DNA of 25,170 bases. It comes from an uncultured Deferribacteres bacterium (GTDB lineage: Bacteria; Zhuqueibacterota; Zhuqueibacteria; Zhuqueibacterales; Geothermadaptataceae). Under the pieces are notes generated by a model. It had not been told where the DNA came from. It saw only the letters and a list, made by a program, of their open reading frames with translations, and did no database searches. Made by a program: the position numbers and the translations under genes. Below are positions 8,639-16,542 of this stretch, piece after piece (position 1 is the stretch's first letter; each line of letters begins with the position of its first letter). Where the stretch lies: contig CAXHAT010000117.1 in NCBI GenBank assembly GCA_964014485.1, positions 1 to 25,170 on the forward strand, read 5' to 3'.

Positions 8639-8744
8639 AAGTCACGATTGAATGATCGCTCTTTTTGGTTTCTGGTTTGTCCGGATTGGGGCAAAGCGCG
8701 TAATATCGGTTTTTATGTGTTTTGCATTCTAAAATCATGCGATT

Positions 8745-8981
8745 TTACGGCTCGGTTTCTTCTTCGCCGATCTCTTCAGCAGCGGTAACGAAGTACTTGC
8801 CGGTTGTGTTGAAGTTGATCGGTCCTTCGTTTCTGAACATATCCGCCAGAGCAACAAACTCATCCGGAACCGGGAAAAATTGATAGACCACGTTCTCGCC
8901 TTCGAGCTTGTAGTAGAAATAGAATTGCTTCTTCTGCACGCTGAAGCCAAGCCAGTATTTGTCAACTTTTTTCCATGCCAT
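8745..8981 (-). CDS. Uncharacterised small protein, 78 aa (intact copy)
   Basis: AAGGAGG RBS; conserved against its paralog with many synonymous differences. Confidence 0.88.
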   Translation of the reverse strand: MAWKKVDKYWLGFSVQKKQFYFYYKLEGENVVYQFFPVPDEFVALADMFRNEGPINFNTTGKYFVTAAEEIGEEETEP

Positions 8982-9036
8982 GATTTTTCCTCCTTAGCAT
9001 TTTTTTCCAAAAACACCGTAACGTATCGACAGCTTC

Positions 9037-9219
9037 TTGTTTAACTCCTTCGGAGTAAAAATAAATTGAATACTTTCAACCCAGGGCGTTGCCTTCGGCT
9101 GAGTTCTCAAACCGCTTCGCGGTATTTTTACGCCGACGGCGTTTCATAACATAGCCCAGGGCAACGCCCTGGGTTGAAAGTGTTCTAATATTTTCTCTTA
9201 CTCCGAAGGAGTTAAACAA
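9037..9219. repeat. REP/REPIN-like nested inverted-repeat element
   Basis: Perfect 22-bp outer IR TTGTTTAACTCCTTCGGAGTAA (9037-9058 / 9198-9219); perfect 22-bp inner IR ACTTTCAACCCAGGGCGTTGCC (9072-9093 / 9160-9181). Confidence 0.88.
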
Positions 9220-9273
9220 AGGCTATTCGCCATATTTTTATTGGGCTTTTAAAAACAGCCTTGAACTGGATGA

Positions 9274-11547
9274 CTATCGAACTAATTCATGATACTCTCC
9301 TAAATCCGCCGCGCTTACGAGCTTTCCCATTTTCAGGAATTCGCGTTTCGCGGCCAAAATCAAATGCTTCATCTCAACGGCGCCGTCCGATTCCGCCGCA
9401 TAAAAGGCCGCCGACAAGGCGATGTTTCGAATATTGCCGCCGGTGATTTTGAACCGCCGCGCCAGAAAATCCAAATCCAGTTCCGGAGCGCGCGGCGTGG
9501 CTTGCGGCCAGACGCCGCGCCAAATGCGCAGGCGGTCTTCCTCGCCCGGAAGCGGAAATTCGATGATGAATCGGATGCGCCGGGTGAAAGCGTCGTCGAT
9601 GTTCTGCCGCAAATTGGTGGCGAGAATGGTCACGCCTCGGTATTCCTCCATTTTCTGCAGCAGGTAGGCGATTTCAATGTTCGCGTACCGATCGTGCGCA
9701 TCCTGAACTTCCGAGCGTTTGCCAAGCAAGGCGTCGGCTTCGTCAAAAAACAAGATAGCGTTGCTGTGTTCAGCCTCGGTGAAAACGCGGTTGAGATTTT
9801 TTTCCGTCTCGCCGATATATTTGCTCACCACCGCCGAGAGATCGATTTTGTAGAGGTCCAGCTCGAGATCGTTGGCGATGACTTCGGCGGCCATGGTTTT
9901 GCCCGTGCCGCTCTGGCCGGTGAAAAGCGCGTTCACGCCCTGCCCCAGCGAAAGTTTGGCGCTGAATCCCCAGTCGTCAATAACTGTGCGGCGGTGTTTG
10001 ACGTGGCTTGCAATTTCACGCAATTGCTGCATCTGATCCAGCGGCAGAATGATGTCGTTCCAGCGGAATTTTGGCTCGATCTTGCGCGCGAGTGCAGAGA
10101 GTTTTGGCTGGGATTGTTTCCTGCTGCCGGCGACCAGGTCCGTGATGGTCATTTGGGGCTGCGAAGGATCACGCGCCAAAGCCGCTTGTCTCGCCTGGCG
10201 GGCGGCGCCGCCGATTTGTTTACCCGTGAGATCAAATCGGGCCGTGAAAAGTTCGAGATCGCGCCCGTTCTCCGCCGCTAATTCTCCGTTGAGATGAGCC
10301 TGCCAGAGTTTTCTTTGCTCGTCAAAATCGGGTTTTGGAATTTCTACGGCGCAAACCGGGGTCGTTTCGAGCAGGGTCGGGTGCGGGGGCTTTTCGCTGC
10401 CGAGAAAAGTGAGCCAGCCGCAACCGTTAATCTCCCGCGCCAGCGTTTCGATCAGCAAATTCTCCCGACTTACTTCGGTTTCCAGCGCCTCGAAATGGTC
10501 AAAATAGACGGCGCAGGGCTGCAATCGGCCTTCGCGCAAAACCAGTCGAATCTGCTCCTGAAAATCGGCGGGATTTCGAGCAGGCCATCGCAAATCAATC
10601 GACGCAAGCGCAACGCCCAATTCACTGCAGAGTGCACTGGCAACGGTTTTCCTGCCGACGCCGATTCGGCCGTGCAGGAAAAACGCCGGGCGCTGTAAAG
10701 CTTCCTCTTCAAGGGTTTTTCGAAGCAGTTGCCGCAGCCGTTTTTGCAAATTTTCTGGCAGAACAACCTCGTCCCACGCGCGCGGTTGTAGAAAATCGAG
10801 AAAAGGCAGTTCGCGTCGATCCGGCGTTTGATCGCCCAACAAATAGTGGACAATGCGAGCGTTCAAGCATAGAAACTGACCGTTGACGTCACCGTGTGAC
10901 GGATTTGCAAGAAAACCAAAATGCCGCAGCGGCGCCGACGGGTGGAAGTAAGAAAAATGTCTCAGCCGGTCTTGCTCATCGCGGCCGAGCAGTTGAAGAA
11001 TGAATTCGACGCTTGGGTTTTTCTTGCTCGCGTCGTTTTGCAAATAGGCGTAAAGCTTTTGATAGCGGTCTTCAATTTGCGCCGCCAGACAGACGACCAA
11101 TATTTGAATTTCGAAGTCGTCGAGATGGAAGTTTTGCCGCAATTGCGCGAGAGGAACGAAGACGTTTTTGCGAAACGAATTCTCTGCTTTTGCTTGAATG
11201 ATGACACGTTGGCGCGCCGCTTGGGAAACGAGCTTTTGTTCAAGCTCCAGACGTTCATCGTCCCCCGGTTCCCGCGATGAAAAAATTCCGGCTTTCAGCA
11301 AAGCGTCGATTTCTTCATCTGCTACAAAAAAGCCGCGAAAATCCTTCACATCCTGATAAAAGTTGACTTGCCGCAGGCGCAGAACATGCGCCGCCAGCAT
11401 GCGGCTCAGCCAGCGCAGTTCATCCAGAATGTGAGCGTGGGGGCTGGTGTAGCTCGGTGTGGAACCGGACCGGGTCTCGTCTCCGGGGAGGCGTATTGCC
11501 TCGGCGGCTTGGGGCGAGTTCCCGTTTTTTGTGGGACGGTCTGTCAT
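9274..11547 (-). CDS. eCIS AAA+ ATPase (Afp15/Pvc15-like), 757 aa
   Basis: N-terminal LYAYLQND segment, degenerate first AAA module (HGRIGVGRKT), intact second module with GQSGTGKT, VVSKYIGETEKNL, LFFDEADAL, DRYANIEIAYLLQ, ILATN, AFTRR. Confidence 0.93.
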   Translation of the reverse strand: MTDRPTKNGNSPQAAEAIRLPGDETRSGSTPSYTSPHAHILDELRWLSRMLAAHVLRLRQVNFYQDVKDFRGFFVADEEIDALLKAGIFSSREPGDDERLELEQKLVSQAARQRVIIQAKAENSFRKNVFVPLAQLRQNFHLDDFEIQILVVCLAAQIEDRYQKLYAYLQNDASKKNPSVEFILQLLGRDEQDRLRHFSYFHPSAPLRHFGFLANPSHGDVNGQFLCLNARIVHYLLGDQTPDRRELPFLDFLQPRAWDEVVLPENLQKRLRQLLRKTLEEEALQRPAFFLHGRIGVGRKTVASALCSELGVALASIDLRWPARNPADFQEQIRLVLREGRLQPCAVYFDHFEALETEVSRENLLIETLAREINGCGWLTFLGSEKPPHPTLLETTPVCAVEIPKPDFDEQRKLWQAHLNGELAAENGRDLELFTARFDLTGKQIGGAARQARQAALARDPSQPQMTITDLVAGSRKQSQPKLSALARKIEPKFRWNDIILPLDQMQQLREIASHVKHRRTVIDDWGFSAKLSLGQGVNALFTGQSGTGKTMAAEVIANDLELDLYKIDLSAVVSKYIGETEKNLNRVFTEAEHSNAILFFDEADALLGKRSEVQDAHDRYANIEIAYLLQKMEEYRGVTILATNLRQNIDDAFTRRIRFIIEFPLPGEEDRLRIWRGVWPQATPRAPELDLDFLARRFKITGGNIRNIALSAAFYAAESDGAVEMKHLILAAKREFLKMGKLVSAADLGEYHELVR

Positions 11548-11938
11548 CTTTTCTCTTGCCTTGCTTGTTTAAAACCTCCTGATGCAGAAGCGCACTCACG
11601 CGCTCGGCAATCACATTGTTTTTTAAAGGCTTCCGAAAAGCGTCCGCCGCTCCGGCTTGAATGGCGTCAACGATGGCCTTGCCGTCTTTGTCGTTATTCA
11701 CCACGGCTATGACGAGTGAAGGATAACGGCGACGGAGGTTGCTGATCATTTCCAGGCCCGAAGGCGCATTCCTGGAAATTTCCAGCAGCAATGCGTCGAT
11801 ATTCTGAGCGGCGATGATTCTTTCGATCTTGCTGTCGTCGTCATTGATGAGAACGGTTGCGCTTTGGCGCAGCATGTAGATAAGCTCCAGATTCGTTGCC
11901 AAATGCGGCCCGGAGATGAGAAGTCGTGGATGCTTCAT
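11420..11938 (-). CDS. Atypical single-domain response regulator (pseudo-receiver)
   Basis: AAGGAG RBS before ATG 11938; receiver pattern (IDALLLEI..SGLEMI..AIQAGAADAFRKP); Glu at the phospho-Asp position; tail overlaps the ATPase start by 128 bp. Confidence 0.78.
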   Translation of the reverse strand: MKHPRLLISGPHLATNLELIYMLRQSATVLINDDDSKIERIIAAQNIDALLLEISRNAPSGLEMISNLRRRYPSLVIAVVNNDKDGKAIVDAIQAGAADAFRKPLKNNVIAERVSALLHQEVLNKQGKRKDDRPSHKKRELAPSRRGNTPPRRRDPVRFHTELHQPPRSHSG

Positions 11939-12067
11939 CGAATCACTCCTTGTAACTGATGCTACGCACGCGGGTTTAGAGCCTATGAGCAATTTTTGAT
12001 TTTCATTAGCTCCGCTCTTCAGGATACTGTTGGCGAATTCCGGATTGTTCAGTCCTGACTGCCCGGA

Positions 12068-12181
12068 CGTCTCATTAGCCACGCGCTGAAGCGCGCGGCT
12101 AATAAGAATCTCCTCGCATCATCTTTCCCCGTGAGTTTTGAATTCGCCAGCAGTGTCCTTCAGCCCGGCGCTAATGAGACG
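12068..12181. repeat. REP-like palindromic element
   Basis: 12-bp IR CGTCTCATTAGC / GCTAATGAGACG; internal hairpin ATTAGCCACGCGCTGAAGCGCGCGGCTAAT. Confidence 0.7.
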
Positions 12182-12254
12182 ATGTTCGCCCCAAGACTCA
12201 GGATGTGCATTGCCGCGCATAACATCAGCTTGTAAGCTGTCGCACTGCACTTAG

Positions 12255-12269
12255 ACAATCTCTGTGCCG
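12255..12269 (-). promoter_or_regulatory. Candidate sigma-54 (-24/-12) promoter for the eCIS operon
   Basis: Minus strand CGGCACAGAGATTGT: good -24 GGCAC and correct spacing, but GT instead of GC at -12; ~320 bp upstream of 11938. Confidence 0.3.
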
Positions 12270-12365
12270 CTCCGGCGTTTGCGGTTTCGCCGGGGCGCTC
12301 TGAAGCATCAGTTTTTGTGTTATTTTAATGCGGAAGAGAGTTTCGTAAATTGTGCAGAATCAATA

Positions 12366-12389
12366 GATTCCCGCCTGCGCGGGAATGAC
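12366..12389. repeat. Short palindromic repeat (dRS3-like), copy 2
   Basis: Identical to 5..28, same orientation. Confidence 0.8.
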
Positions 12390-12513
12390 GCGGGGCGCCG
12401 ACCTTTTAAGTTTAGGGACGGCTGTTCAAGTTGGGGAGAGATTGAAATCTGAAGATAAACGATGTGTGAATTCAAGGCTTTGGTTTTGTATCTTTTGCCA
12501 AAATTTTAGCAAA

Positions 12514-14151
12514 TTATACAAACGGATTTCGCGGCTGTTTGAACGCATTCGCATCGACGCCGCGCTTTTTCATGAGGTTGTGGAAATTGCTCACATGCAC
12601 ACCGGCAAGTTTCGCGGCCTTGCTGATGTGGCCTTTTGTTGCGGACAGACATTCGATCATGAAACGCCGTTCCGCCGCTTCCCCCGCCCGTCGCTTTACT
12701 TCGGTCAACCTTGAAGGAATCTCAGGTTTCGCCGAAGATTCGCGAGACTCGCGAACGCTTTTTGGCAAATCTTGAACGCGAATGAGATCGCTGTTTGCCA
12801 AAACAACCCCTCGCCATATAATATTCTCAAGCTCTCGGATATTGCCTGGGTATTCATAAATCAAGAGCATGGATTCCGCTTCTTCAGACAACCTCATCCT
12901 GGTTTGATTCATCAAGCTTGAATATTTTTCAAGAAAATGATGAATAAGTAAGGGGATATCGCTTCGACGCTCGCGGAGGGGAGGCAGTGCAATGTCGATC
13001 ACATTGAGTCGGTAAAACAGATCTTCCCGAAATTTTCGCTGTTTCACAAGCTGCTTCAAGTTTTTATTTGTAGCGGCGACGATGCGCGCGTTGCTTATCA
13101 GAACTTCCGACCCGCCGACCGCCGAAAACTCCCCTTTTTGCAATACACGTAACAATTTGACCTGCATTGCAGGCGACATTTCGCTGACTTCATCCAGAAA
13201 AATTGTTCCGCGTCCCGCACGCCTAAACAGGCCTGCTCTTTTGCAAACCGCCCCTGTGAACGCCCCTCGAACGTGTCCAAACAACTCAGACTCAAGAAGG
13301 TTATCCGGCACGCCGCCGCAGTTCAAGGCTATAAACGGTTGACCACGCCGAACACTGTTTTCATGAAGGGCTTTTGCTATCAACTCCTTGCCAACCCCGC
13401 TCTCGCCTTCAATGAGAACCGTCGCTTCGGCGTCGGCTATTTTCGCAACTGTTTGGAGCGCTTCTATGACGAGATGATGGCGTCCGATGATGGCTTTGAA
13501 ATGATAGTTCTGCCTGAGAATCCTTTCGAATTGCTCAACAGCATGCGAAGGGTAATACAGTTGCTTGTCTGTGCGTAAAGTAACAGATATGAGTCTGGAG
13601 AAAGCTTCAATAAGCTGACACAATTCAGCTTTCGAGCTAAGCGGCTCATTATCATGACGCTCTAAATACACCAAGCCAAAAACTTCATCCTGTCGGAGTA
13701 GGGGAACGCAAAAGATACAATCAGGAATACACTTCGAGATTGTTTTACATGTAACTGGGGGGTGCGTGTTTCGAAAGCATACTGGTCGCCCCTCCGTTTC
13801 GACCTTTCGCATGATGCTGCGGGTGAATTCATGTTCAAAGCCCACGCATCGAATTTCTTTCCGCCCATCACTGGACGCCAGAATAACATTGCCTTCATCA
13901 CCGACTATGAGAATTCGCCCAAGTTGAAATCCTGATATGCGAACAAGGCGTTCGATAGCCATTTCTAATAGACGACGAGTATCACCTTGCGAAAACAATG
14001 ATAAGGCAAGATCAAGCATCTCTAGGCAGGCTCGGACTTCTGTAGAACGATTCTCCGCTCCGCAATTAAGACATGGTCTGCCAATAACATCTGGCGCTCG
14101 AGATTTGTTTTCAAACGCAATGTTAAATCTGCATGATTCATAATCTTGCAT
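12514..14151 (-). CDS. Sigma-54-dependent transcriptional activator (GAF-AAA-Fis HTH), 545 aa
   Basis: GESGVGKE Walker A, ESELFGHVRGAFTGA, IFLDEV, QVKLLRVLQ, FREDLFYRLNV, YPGNIRELEN, C-terminal HTH; N-terminal GAF-like segment (IFCVPL..VFGLVYLE). Confidence 0.95.
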   Translation of the reverse strand: MQDYESCRFNIAFENKSRAPDVIGRPCLNCGAENRSTEVRACLEMLDLALSLFSQGDTRRLLEMAIERLVRISGFQLGRILIVGDEGNVILASSDGRKEIRCVGFEHEFTRSIMRKVETEGRPVCFRNTHPPVTCKTISKCIPDCIFCVPLLRQDEVFGLVYLERHDNEPLSSKAELCQLIEAFSRLISVTLRTDKQLYYPSHAVEQFERILRQNYHFKAIIGRHHLVIEALQTVAKIADAEATVLIEGESGVGKELIAKALHENSVRRGQPFIALNCGGVPDNLLESELFGHVRGAFTGAVCKRAGLFRRAGRGTIFLDEVSEMSPAMQVKLLRVLQKGEFSAVGGSEVLISNARIVAATNKNLKQLVKQRKFREDLFYRLNVIDIALPPLRERRSDIPLLIHHFLEKYSSLMNQTRMRLSEEAESMLLIYEYPGNIRELENIIWRGVVLANSDLIRVQDLPKSVRESRESSAKPEIPSRLTEVKRRAGEAAERRFMIECLSATKGHISKAAKLAGVHVSNFHNLMKKRGVDANAFKQPRNPFV

Positions 14152-14230
14152 AAGCCTTTTTGCCCCACAAAGTTAGTTCGATCACTTTGCACAGACCAAA
14201 GGAGCGTGTATTTTTTTGCACATGGCTTTT

Positions 14231-14247
14231 TGCAATATTCACTCCAA
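14231..14247 (-). promoter_or_regulatory. Candidate sigma-54 promoter upstream of the activator gene
   Basis: Minus strand TTGGAGTGAATATTGCA = TGG-N8-TTGC with exact GG-N10-GC spacing, ~80 bp upstream of ATG 14151. Confidence 0.45.
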
Positions 14248-14386
14248 GACCTTCTGCTCTTGAGGCCAATTTAACTTGAACAAAAACAGACAGCTAATTC
14301 ACCGGAAAGAACGCGATTTTACAGAAAGTAAGAAAAAGGATATGGATTTTCGCATTTGTAAAAAAATGGACTTCTTATGAAAGTTC

Positions 14387-14668
14387 TCAACTCCAATTTC
14401 GGTGACGAACATATGAATTACAGTTCGTATTGGGCGATGGTTTCCTCCGACATTTCACCAGCGTCATGAAATCGGCGGAGTCGTCGTATTCGGTGAATCT
14501 TTTCACTCCGGCTTTGCGCAAGGCGATGTCAGCTTCGAGTTTCTTCTTTTCAGCGTCAAGCACACTTCTTGGGTACAGGTCGGCGTGTTTGTACTTGCAC
14601 TGTAGAGATAGAACTGGATTTGCGGGCCTTTGCCGATCCTGCGAATGTACGCCATGATTTTTCTCCAT
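14387..14668 (-). CDS. Possible small hypothetical protein or gene remnant
   Basis: 93-aa ORF in an otherwise empty interval; no recognised motif or clear RBS. Confidence 0.25.
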   Translation of the reverse strand: MEKNHGVHSQDRQRPANPVLSLQCKYKHADLYPRSVLDAEKKKLEADIALRKAGVKRFTEYDDSADFMTLVKCRRKPSPNTNCNSYVRHRNWS

Positions 14669-14842
14669 ACTTGAGACCGCAAGCGCGGTTGGAAAGCTGA
14701 ATAGTTATGTAGAAGCTAAATAGTTATACGCCCGGAGAGCGGCTAGACAGGTCGCCCAAGAGTTCAGGACGAATGTGAATGAGCATTGTTTTACAACGAT
14801 GTAAAATGCGTTTTTTGTACCTGAAAAGGCTTTAGAAAAACC

Positions 14843-14871
14843 TTGCATTTGAGCATGTCCGCGATTATTTT
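14843..14871 (+). promoter_or_regulatory. Candidate sigma-70 promoter
   Basis: TTGCAT-17 bp-TATTTT upstream of the plus-strand gene cluster. Confidence 0.3.
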
Positions 14872-15052
14872 CCTGTTCATTTTTTGGGGGCGAGGCGGGT
14901 CTGTCAGCAGTGCGAAAGTTTTATAGGAATGTTCTCTGCGTCGAGCAGTAAAGATTAGTATACCAGATTAATTCTGACGGAAGTACAAAGCCTGATTTCT
15001 TCATTGAGAAATAAGATCGAGCATATAGAATATATTTCGAGGAGTGTCTAAA

Positions 15053-15538
15053 ATGAGAGTTGAATTCCGTTTTGATCCATTTTCGGAAGACGTCAAATTT
15101 GAAGGGGACGCAATGCAGTTAATGACTGTTGCTTGCGCAAAGTCAAGTTTTGTTGGCGATCACGTTCTTGACAGCGTTCGTCCAATCAGCCTCGATGCTA
15201 TTGAAGAAGATGATGATTGGCAGGATGATGAATGGGATGATGATGCGGACGACGACGGCGATGATGATGATGATGAGTGGATGGACGATGACGACGACAA
15301 AGATGACGATCTCGAAATGGATGACGAAGATGACGCGCTCTTTGAAGACGAAGAAGTGAGCGACAACGGCGTCGATGAAGATGACGATTGGGATGACGAT
15401 TGGGAAGACGACGACGACGATGACGAAGCCTGGGACGATGATGAACAAGATGATGACGATGAATGGGGCGAAGAAGACGATGATGAATGGAGTGAAGATG
15501 ACGACGGGCTCGACTGGGACGAAGAAGAATGGAATTAA
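15053..15538 (+). CDS. Hyper-acidic Asp/Glu/Trp low-complexity protein, 161 aa
   Basis: GAGGAG RBS 8 nt before ATG 15053; ~110-aa D/E tract with 10 Trp and mixed GAT/GAC/GAA codons. Confidence 0.8.
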   Translation: MRVEFRFDPFSEDVKFEGDAMQLMTVACAKSSFVGDHVLDSVRPISLDAIEEDDDWQDDEWDDDADDDGDDDDDEWMDDDDDKDDDLEMDDEDDALFEDEEVSDNGVDEDDDWDDDWEDDDDDDEAWDDDEQDDDDEWGEEDDDEWSEDDDGLDWDEEEWN

Positions 15539-15574
15539 TCTGCCGCTCTGAAACCGTTTCGAATAATCAATAAC

Positions 15575-16021
15575 CTGCCACGCAAAATCAGCAGCATTTT
15601 TCCGACAGCGCCGGTCGTCGGAGTGGGCCTTGCGGTTCGCTTTGAGAGAAATGTTGTACTGGTTAAAAGAAAGCATGCGCCGGGCAAAGATTTGTGGGCG
15701 TTTCCCGGAGGGCATGTTGAGGTCGGAGAAGAAATCCAAGCTGCAGCAGTGCGAGAAGCTGCGGAAGAGTTAAATGTCAAAGTAAAAATACTCAAGCTCC
15801 TGGATTGTGTTGATTATATTGAGCGAGACGAGCAAGGGCGCGTGAAATATCATTTCGTCTTGGTCGATTATCTCGCGGAAATTGTCAGCGGTCGTATCAA
15901 GGCCGGCTCAGACGTAGAAGAAATTCTCCTTGCCTCACAGGAAAATATAGAAACGCTCCCCATACTTCCCTTAACCAAAAAGTTTATTCACAAACACATT
16001 CACGCGATTTTTGAAAGCTGA
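15575..16021 (+). CDS. Nudix hydrolase (ADP-ribose pyrophosphatase-like); start uncertain
   Basis: Nudix box GHVEVGEEIQAAAVREAAEELNV, YHFVLVDY; conserved FPTAPVVGVG lies mostly upstream of the called GTG 15623, so CTG 15575 is suggested. Confidence 0.88.
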   Translation: MPRKISSIFPTAPVVGVGLAVRFERNVVLVKRKHAPGKDLWAFPGGHVEVGEEIQAAAVREAAEELNVKVKILKLLDCVDYIERDEQGRVKYHFVLVDYLAEIVSGRIKAGSDVEEILLASQENIETLPILPLTKKFIHKHIHAIFES

Positions 16022-16038
16022 GAAATCCGGTTCCTGAA

Positions 16039-16542
16039 ATGAAATTTGTTACGCGACTCGGGGATAAATCAATCAACTTGGATTTTCAAGAAATCGCCCC
16101 AAAGATGACGGTCGCCTTTGACGGCGAAGAGCGTCATGTCGAAATTCTGAAAAAAAATGGTCATCACATCGTGTTTAAACTTGACGGCAAAATTTTCGAC
16201 TGTTTCACATTGCCGTCTAACGGGGGAGCCGAAGTTGATTTCCAAGGAAAAACATTTGTTGTCAAGGTAGACGACGCGCAACGGCTGGATTTACTCAAAC
16301 GACTTCCGAGAGTAAAAAAAGAACAAAAAGTTTCGGAAGTCCACGCAGCGATGCCCGGCGTCGTGCTGAAAATGCTTGTGGAGCCGGGCGATCTGGTGCA
16401 CAAGAACGATCCGATGATCATCATTGAAGCGATGAAAATGGAGAATGAAATTACAGCGCAAGTAGATGCCAAAATCGCTTCTGTCCACGTCAAAGCCGGA
16501 GAAACGGTGGACAAAAACGCTTTGCTGCTAACCTTCGAATAA
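16039..16542 (+). CDS. Biotin carboxyl carrier subunit of an acyl-CoA/pyruvate carboxylase
   Basis: AAMPGVV..IEAMKMENEI biotinylation motif. Confidence 0.92.
   Translation: MKFVTRLGDKSINLDFQEIAPKMTVAFDGEERHVEILKKNGHHIVFKLDGKIFDCFTLPSNGGAEVDFQGKTFVVKVDDAQRLDLLKRLPRVKKEQKVSEVHAAMPGVVLKMLVEPGDLVHKNDPMIIIEAMKMENEITAQVDAKIASVHVKAGETVDKNALLLTFE

Larger units (their letters stand above)
8306..8985. repeat. Direct repeat cassette copy A
   Basis: Homologous to 6358..7163. Confidence 0.92.

Noticed and set aside
8419..8788. ORFs 8419..8694 and 8591..8788
   Set aside because: They translate the palindromic repeat element and are not preserved as equivalent ORFs in the other copy.
6358..9219. CRISPR array or integron cassette array
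   Set aside because: No equal-length repeats with unique spacers, no cas or intI gene, and no convincing attC sites; the repeats are a long duplication plus palindromes.
11939..12082. N-terminal extension of the receiver ORF (220-aa call)
   Set aside because: It starts inside a REP-like element; the RBS and domain boundary support ATG 11938.
15143..15739. Hydrophobic 198-aa and poly-Ser minus-strand ORFs
   Set aside because: Antisense reflections of the GAY/GAA codon tract of the acidic protein.
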